Positions 60,501 through 64,000 of a stretch of DNA of 64,000 nt are shown here, piece by piece. The DNA is from an uncultured Gammaproteobacteria bacterium (GTDB lineage: Bacteria > Pseudomonadota > Gammaproteobacteria > Ga0077536), in contig CALOBG010000005.1 in assembly GCA_942490995.1 (NCBI GenBank), forward strand, positions 8,357 through 72,356, written 5' to 3'. A program made the translations under genes and the position numbers. The notes under the pieces were generated by a model. That model saw nothing but the letters and a program-made list of their open reading frames with translations, was not told the DNA's origin and did no database searches. Numbering within the stretch: the first letter of the stretch is position 1; every line of letters begins with the position of its first letter.

Positions 60501-60975
60501 ACCAGTACTCGATCCGCGCCTGCATCGCCTCCGCGCGTCCCTCCGCGGCGAGACAACCGAGATCACCGGCGATGCCGCTCGACAGGACGATCAAACCCTT
60601 GAGCACCTCGCGATCGAACCACGCCTGCTCGACCAGGGCCACGCCGGCGCGCTGACCGAAGCGATAGGCGCGGGTCAGAAGCTGACTCAGGTTGCGATAG
60701 CCGGCGTTGTTCTGACACAGCACCAGCAGTTTGTAGCGCTCCGGTCCGTCGCCGTCGTTCGCGACCCACAGCTCGGCTCCGGCGATCGGCTTGACCCCGC
60801 TGTTGATCGCGGCGCGATAAAGTTTCGGCAATCCGAATACATTGTTCTGATCGGTCAGGGCAACCGCTGGCATACCGAGCGCCGCGCACTCGCCGACCAG
60901 CTGCGGGATGCGCACGATGCCGTCGCTCAGGGAGTACTCACTGTGCAGATGCAGGTGAACGAAGCGCGGCTCCAT
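57502..60975 (-). CDS. dnaE: DNA polymerase III alpha subunit
   Basis: The PHP domain (FVHLHLHSEYSL), the polymerase core and an OB-fold. The start is set at MEPRFVHLH... with a GGAGG ribosome-binding site. The tracked ORF has a 54-codon upstream extension. Confidence 0.9.
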   Translation of the reverse strand: MEPRFVHLHLHSEYSLSDGIVRIPQLVGECAALGMPAVALTDQNNVFGLPKLYRAAINSGVKPIAGAELWVANDGDGPERYKLLVLCQNNAGYRNLSQLLTRAYRFGQRAGVALVEQAWFDREVLKGLIVLSSGIAGDLGCLAAEGRAEAMQARIEYWLGLLDDRYFIEITRTGREREARYNEMAIDCAARLNAPLVASNDVRFLKADEYEAHEARVCIHQGRALADPRRPRDYSAEQYLRSEQEMCDLFADLPGALANSVNIAMRCNLELEFGVYHLPEYPAGAERGVDTVLQEKSRLGLERRAASGAIKPDLSVALNREQYQQRLDSELAVITAMGFAGYFLIVSDFIEWAKEHDIPVGPGRGSGAGSLVAFALGITELDPIEYDLLFERFLNPERVSMPDFDIDFCMDRRDEVIEYVASRYGRDKVAQIITHGTMAAKAVLRDVGRVLGMPYGFVDQLAKLVPFDPQMTLTRALNEEPVLKQRYADEDDVRGIIDLALRLEGLARNAGRHAGGVVIAPSALTDFMPLYCEQGSDGLVTQFDMGDVESIGLVKFDFLGLRTLTIIDWAVKDINAARLQAALAPINILQLALDDEATFSLVQSARTTAVFQLESRGMKELIKRLKPDSFEDLIALVALFRPGPLQSGMVDDFIDRKHGKAVVRYPHPALEPILKPTYGVILYQEQVMQIARVLAGFTLGAADLLRRAMGKKKPEEMAKQREIFVSGAGRNGISNADATFIFDLMEKFAGYGFNKSHSAAYALVAYQTAWLKTHYPAAFMAAVLSADMDSTDKVVRLIEECRHLGLTVVAPDINQCAFRFSVADDSTIRYGLGALKGLGEAVITAMVEQRVSDGEYRDLVDLCKRNGDRKLNRRALEALIKAGALDGFGYSRARLMAGLDGALQVTDQHVKAKISGQSDFFGLETSAATDEAAPAIDLAALAEVRDWSQEELLAGEKETLGLYLSGHPVDRYRSELNNFASSTLADLRPGKKRVAGLIMGVRIIKTRRGRMAIATLDDKTARVEVTVYREVFERCMDKLVADQIVVIEGNCELDDFSGDYSIQCEEIMALDEARNRLARALVVNVTEAELGNGFMDTLRNAITTHRHNGNCPVAIEYDRSSARARLKLSDDWRVQVNDKLIDGLRQYLGEQRVRVEY

Positions 60976-61592
60976 CAGGCCTCCGATGGCGGCGTCAGCA
61001 GGCGCCGGACCGGTGCGAAACTGCGACGATGAACCGGTGAAACCCCGTGGCTGGCGAGCGCCCGCAGATGTTGGGCGGTCGGATAACCCTTGTGGCGATC
61101 GAACCCATAATGCGGATAGCGCTGATGCAGCTCGCACATCAGACGGTCACGGCTGACCTTGGCGATAACCGAGGCCGCGCTGATGCTCGGTTCGAGCGCA
61201 TCACCGCCGATGATCGCGCGCGCCGGGCACGGCAACTGCGGGCAGAATTTTCCGTCGATGAGCACCGCATCGGGCCGCACGCCGAGGTCGGATACCGCCC
61301 TGCGCATCGCGAGCAGGGTCGCGTGGTGAATATTGAGCTGGTCGATTTCAACGATATCAGCGTAACCCACGCCGACCGCGACCGCCGCGTGTCGAATAAG
61401 ATCGTACAGCGTCGCGCGTTGACCGGCAGTCAGCTTTTTTGAGTCATTGAGGCCAGCGGGGTGCAGATGGCCGAGGATCACGGCCGCTGCAACGACGGGT
61501 CCGGCCAGGGGACCACGGCCCGCCTCGTCAACGCCGGCGATCGCAGCAGCGCGCTCGACCGGTCGCGCAACACCGACGTCGGATCCGTTCAT
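60975..61592 (-). CDS. rnhB: Ribonuclease HII
   Basis: [17 protein letters not shown]...LNDSKKL... are the catalytic DEDD residues in RNase HII context. The start ATG overlaps the lpxB stop (ATGA). Confidence 0.85.
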   Translation of the reverse strand: MNGSDVGVARPVERAAAIAGVDEAGRGPLAGPVVAAAVILGHLHPAGLNDSKKLTAGQRATLYDLIRHAAVAVGVGYADIVEIDQLNIHHATLLAMRRAVSDLGVRPDAVLIDGKFCPQLPCPARAIIGGDALEPSISAASVIAKVSRDRLMCELHQRYPHYGFDRHKGYPTAQHLRALASHGVSPVHRRSFAPVRRLLTPPSEA

Positions 61593-62746
61593 GACCCGCA
61601 TCCGGCACGTTCCAGGATCACCTCTGCCGCGCGTGCGGCCGCGCCGCGGCGCATCGTCGCGTGCAGTTCACGACTGCGTCGACGATAGCGTTCAGTACGT
61701 ACGTCATCATCGAGCCAGGCCAGCGTCTCCGCCGCCAGTCGCGGCGGGGTCATGGCGTCCTGGATCAGCTCCGGTACCAGGGCCTCGTCGGCAATGATGT
61801 TTGGCAGTGCGATGCGCGGAATGGTCACCATACGCTTGATTATATGGTAGCTGAGCGCAGCGAGGCGGTAACCGACCACCATCGGCGTGGCGCACAACAG
61901 CGCTTCGAGAGTGACCGTGCCCGATGCCACGAGCGCGACGTCCGCAGCGCTAAGCGCTTGATGTGAAAGGCCCGCAACCACCGTACACGGCAGCCCACGC
62001 AGACTCGCTCGGACCACCGGCAGCTGGTTTTCGTGGGCCACGCCGAGGACGAACCTGGCCTCGGGCCGGCGTGCGGCGATCAGCATCGCGGCGTCGACAA
62101 AAGGTGGCAGCAGGCGTTCGATTTCCTGCTGCCGGCTGCCGGGCATCAAGGCAATCAATGGTCCCGCCGGCGGCAGCCCGAGCGCGACTCGAGCGCCGAC
62201 CCGGTCCGGTTCGAGCGGTAGTTCATCGGCCAGCGGGTGGCCGACGCAATGGGTCTCGATGCCGTGGGCGCTGCAGTACTCCGCTTCGAATGGCAGCAGC
62301 GCGAGCAACACGTCGGTACTGCGAGCCAGGGAACGCGCCCGCCCGGCTCGCCAGGCCCATAGCTGAGGGCAGACGTAGTGGACCGTCGTGATCCCGTGAG
62401 CTTTGAGTCTGCGTTCCAGACCGAGATTGAAATCAGGCACATCGATGCCGATGACGACATCGGGGGGGTCGGCGACGAAATCGGCCTCGAGCTGTGCCCG
62501 CAGTCGCAGCAGTCGCGGGTAGCTGCGAAGTACTTCGACCAGACCCATGACCGACAACTGACTGATGTCAGCCAGGCTTGCGCAGCCGGCCGCGCGCATA
62601 TGCGGACCGGCCATGCCGCGAAATGTCGCATTCGGCGCGCGTGCGCGCAAAGCCCTGATCAGGGCGCCGCCGAGCCGGTCGCCCGACGCTTCACCGGCGA
62701 CGATGCCGACGCGGAAACCACGCTGCGTTGTCATTCCAGCGGCCAT
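61589..62746 (-). CDS. lpxB: Lipid-A-disaccharide synthase
   Basis: [11 protein letters not shown]... and the GT-B fold family. Confidence 0.85.
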   Translation of the reverse strand: MAAGMTTQRGFRVGIVAGEASGDRLGGALIRALRARAPNATFRGMAGPHMRAAGCASLADISQLSVMGLVEVLRSYPRLLRLRAQLEADFVADPPDVVIGIDVPDFNLGLERRLKAHGITTVHYVCPQLWAWRAGRARSLARSTDVLLALLPFEAEYCSAHGIETHCVGHPLADELPLEPDRVGARVALGLPPAGPLIALMPGSRQQEIERLLPPFVDAAMLIAARRPEARFVLGVAHENQLPVVRASLRGLPCTVVAGLSHQALSAADVALVASGTVTLEALLCATPMVVGYRLAALSYHIIKRMVTIPRIALPNIIADEALVPELIQDAMTPPRLAAETLAWLDDDVRTERYRRRSRELHATMRRGAAARAAEVILERAGCGS

Positions 62747-62778
62747 TGCGGCCTTGCCGTGTGCGGTACGCGCGTCGC

Positions 62779-63552
62779 TCAGCGCACGATGCCACGGACC
62801 GATTTACGAATGAACGCTGACAATTTGCCAGTCGGCGCGAACTGCTCGGCTTGCTGATCGATGTAGCGAAGCGCGTCCTCCAGGCTGTTGCCCTGGCGGT
62901 ACAGGGCCCGATAGCAGCGCTTGATCGCCGCGATTGTTTCGAGGTCCACCCCACGCCGCTTGAGTCCCTCGCGATTGATACAGCGCGGGCGGGCGGTATT
63001 ACCGTTCACGATCACGAACGGTGGCACGTCGCGGACCACGATCGTGGCAATCGCCGAGAAACTGCCCTCGCCCATGCGACAGAATTGATGTACCCCGGTA
63101 AAGCCACCGAGGATCACGTAGTCGTGGATCTCGACGTGCCCGGCGAGCGTCGAGTTATTTGCGAACACCGTGTGATTGCCGACCTGACAATCGTGGGCGA
63201 TGTGACAATAGCCCATGATCCAGTTTTCGTCGCCGAGCCGGGTTACGCCGCCGCCGGCCGGGGTGCCGCGATTGATACTGCAGTATTCCCGGATCACGTT
63301 GCCACGGCCGATCTCGAGTCGCGAAACGCCGCTGCCGTCGAATTTTTTATCCTGCGGCTGATCGCCGATCGAGCAGAACGGGAAGATGTGATTGTCCGGA
63401 CCGATCACGGTCGGGCCTTTGATCATGCAATGCGAATCGATACGCGTACGCGCTCCGATCTCGACCCCGGCCCCGATTGAAACCCACGGACCGATCTCCG
63501 CGTCCGCGGCGATGACGGCGTCGGGATCGATCTGTGCGGACGGGTCAATCAC
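62779..63552 (-). CDS. lpxA: Acyl-[ACP]--UDP-N-acetylglucosamine O-acyltransferase
   Basis: IDPSA.I...A.I...V.IG hexapeptide-repeat left-handed beta-helix and a C-terminal helical domain. Confidence 0.9.
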   Translation of the reverse strand: MIDPSAQIDPDAVIAADAEIGPWVSIGAGVEIGARTRIDSHCMIKGPTVIGPDNHIFPFCSIGDQPQDKKFDGSGVSRLEIGRGNVIREYCSINRGTPAGGGVTRLGDENWIMGYCHIAHDCQVGNHTVFANNSTLAGHVEIHDYVILGGFTGVHQFCRMGEGSFSAIATIVVRDVPPFVIVNGNTARPRCINREGLKRRGVDLETIAAIKRCYRALYRQGNSLEDALRYIDQQAEQFAPTGKLSAFIRKSVRGIVR

Positions 63553-63554
63553 GG

Positions 63555-63998
63555 CTATACCGCTCGTTCCGTGGTCATGAATTCGGCGATTGCGACGGTT
63601 TTGTCGTCGACTTTGGCGCTGGCGTCAAAGCGATAGATGCCACGGATCTCTCGAGTCAGGGTCGCGTCGATGATCAATTGATCACCGGCGGTGACAGGTT
63701 TTTTGAAGCGCGCCTTATCGATACCGACGAGGTAATACACATTGCCGGCGTCGCCCCGCGCCTGGTTCGAGTAGAACGCCAGCATGCCGGTAGCCTGGGC
63801 CATGGCTTCGAGGATCAGTACGCCCGGCATAATCGGGTGGCCCGGGAAGTGGCCCTGGAAAAACGGTTCATTGATGGTGACGTTCTTGATCGCCCTGATC
63901 GATTCAAATGCTTTGTATTCGATGATGCGGTCGATGAGCAGGAACGGATAGCGGTGCGGCATCGTGTCCAGGATCTTCGAAATCGACAAATCTTCCAT
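63555..63998 (-). CDS. fabZ: 3-hydroxyacyl-[ACP] dehydratase
   Basis: [13 protein letters not shown]...[16 protein letters not shown] is the hot-dog fold active site. Confidence 0.9.
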   Translation of the reverse strand: MEDLSISKILDTMPHRYPFLLIDRIIEYKAFESIRAIKNVTINEPFFQGHFPGHPIMPGVLILEAMAQATGMLAFYSNQARGDAGNVYYLVGIDKARFKKPVTAGDQLIIDATLTREIRGIYRFDASAKVDDKTVAIAEFMTTERAV

Positions 63999-64000
63999 CG

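Overview
This is a GC-rich proteobacterial chromosomal segment (probably Gamma- or Betaproteobacteria, with methylotroph-like accessory genes). It has no rRNA, tRNA or CRISPR. The content falls into seven groups.

1. A molybdenum/tungsten cofactor island: moaA, tupABC (tungstate ABC transporter), mobA, mobB, moeA, then moaE-moaD and moaC. PQQ genes are interleaved: pqqB lies among the Moco genes, and pqqA-pqqC-pqqD-pqqE form a separate block. A second, orphan pqqA sits 27 kb away.
2. Two pterin-cofactor enzyme operons: a bacterial-type tungsten aldehyde oxidoreductase operon (aorA-aorB-aorC plus a MoaD-like aorD), and an xanthine-dehydrogenase/CO-dehydrogenase-family operon (FAD subunit, 2Fe-2S subunit, large subunit, a DUF849/BKACE gene, coxG-like gene).
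3. A tetrahydromethanopterin-type mini-operon (DUF447, DUF556/MfnB-like, PCD-like) and an isolated folP.
4. A full-length group II intron of the bacterial class C type. It is inserted immediately after the rho-independent terminator of an outer-membrane porin gene.
5. A family of roughly 140-150 bp palindromic MITE-like repeats at five intergenic loci (about seven full units plus fragments). The insertions appear to sit in CTAG sites that overlap stop codons.
6. Two two-component systems, one LuxR/HisKA_3 type and one NtrB/NtrC type. The NtrB/NtrC pair lies next to a sigma-54-like promoter in front of the orphan pqqA.
7. A housekeeping block: tilS, accA, dnaE, rnhB, lpxB, lpxA, fabZ.

The most unusual element is a translationally coupled cluster encoding an ExbB/TolQ-like protein, an ExbD-like protein with an oversized periplasmic domain, a small membrane protein and a periplasmic-vWA / cytoplasmic-FHA protein.

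Several accessory genes carry single-nucleotide frameshifts, while long housekeeping genes such as the 3.5 kb dnaE are intact. The affected genes are the FAD and large subunits of the xanthine-dehydrogenase-family operon, pqqC, a TPR-sulfotransferase, a YVTN beta-propeller and a TonB-dependent receptor. This is either genuine gene decay or localised indel error, and the sequence alone cannot decide.
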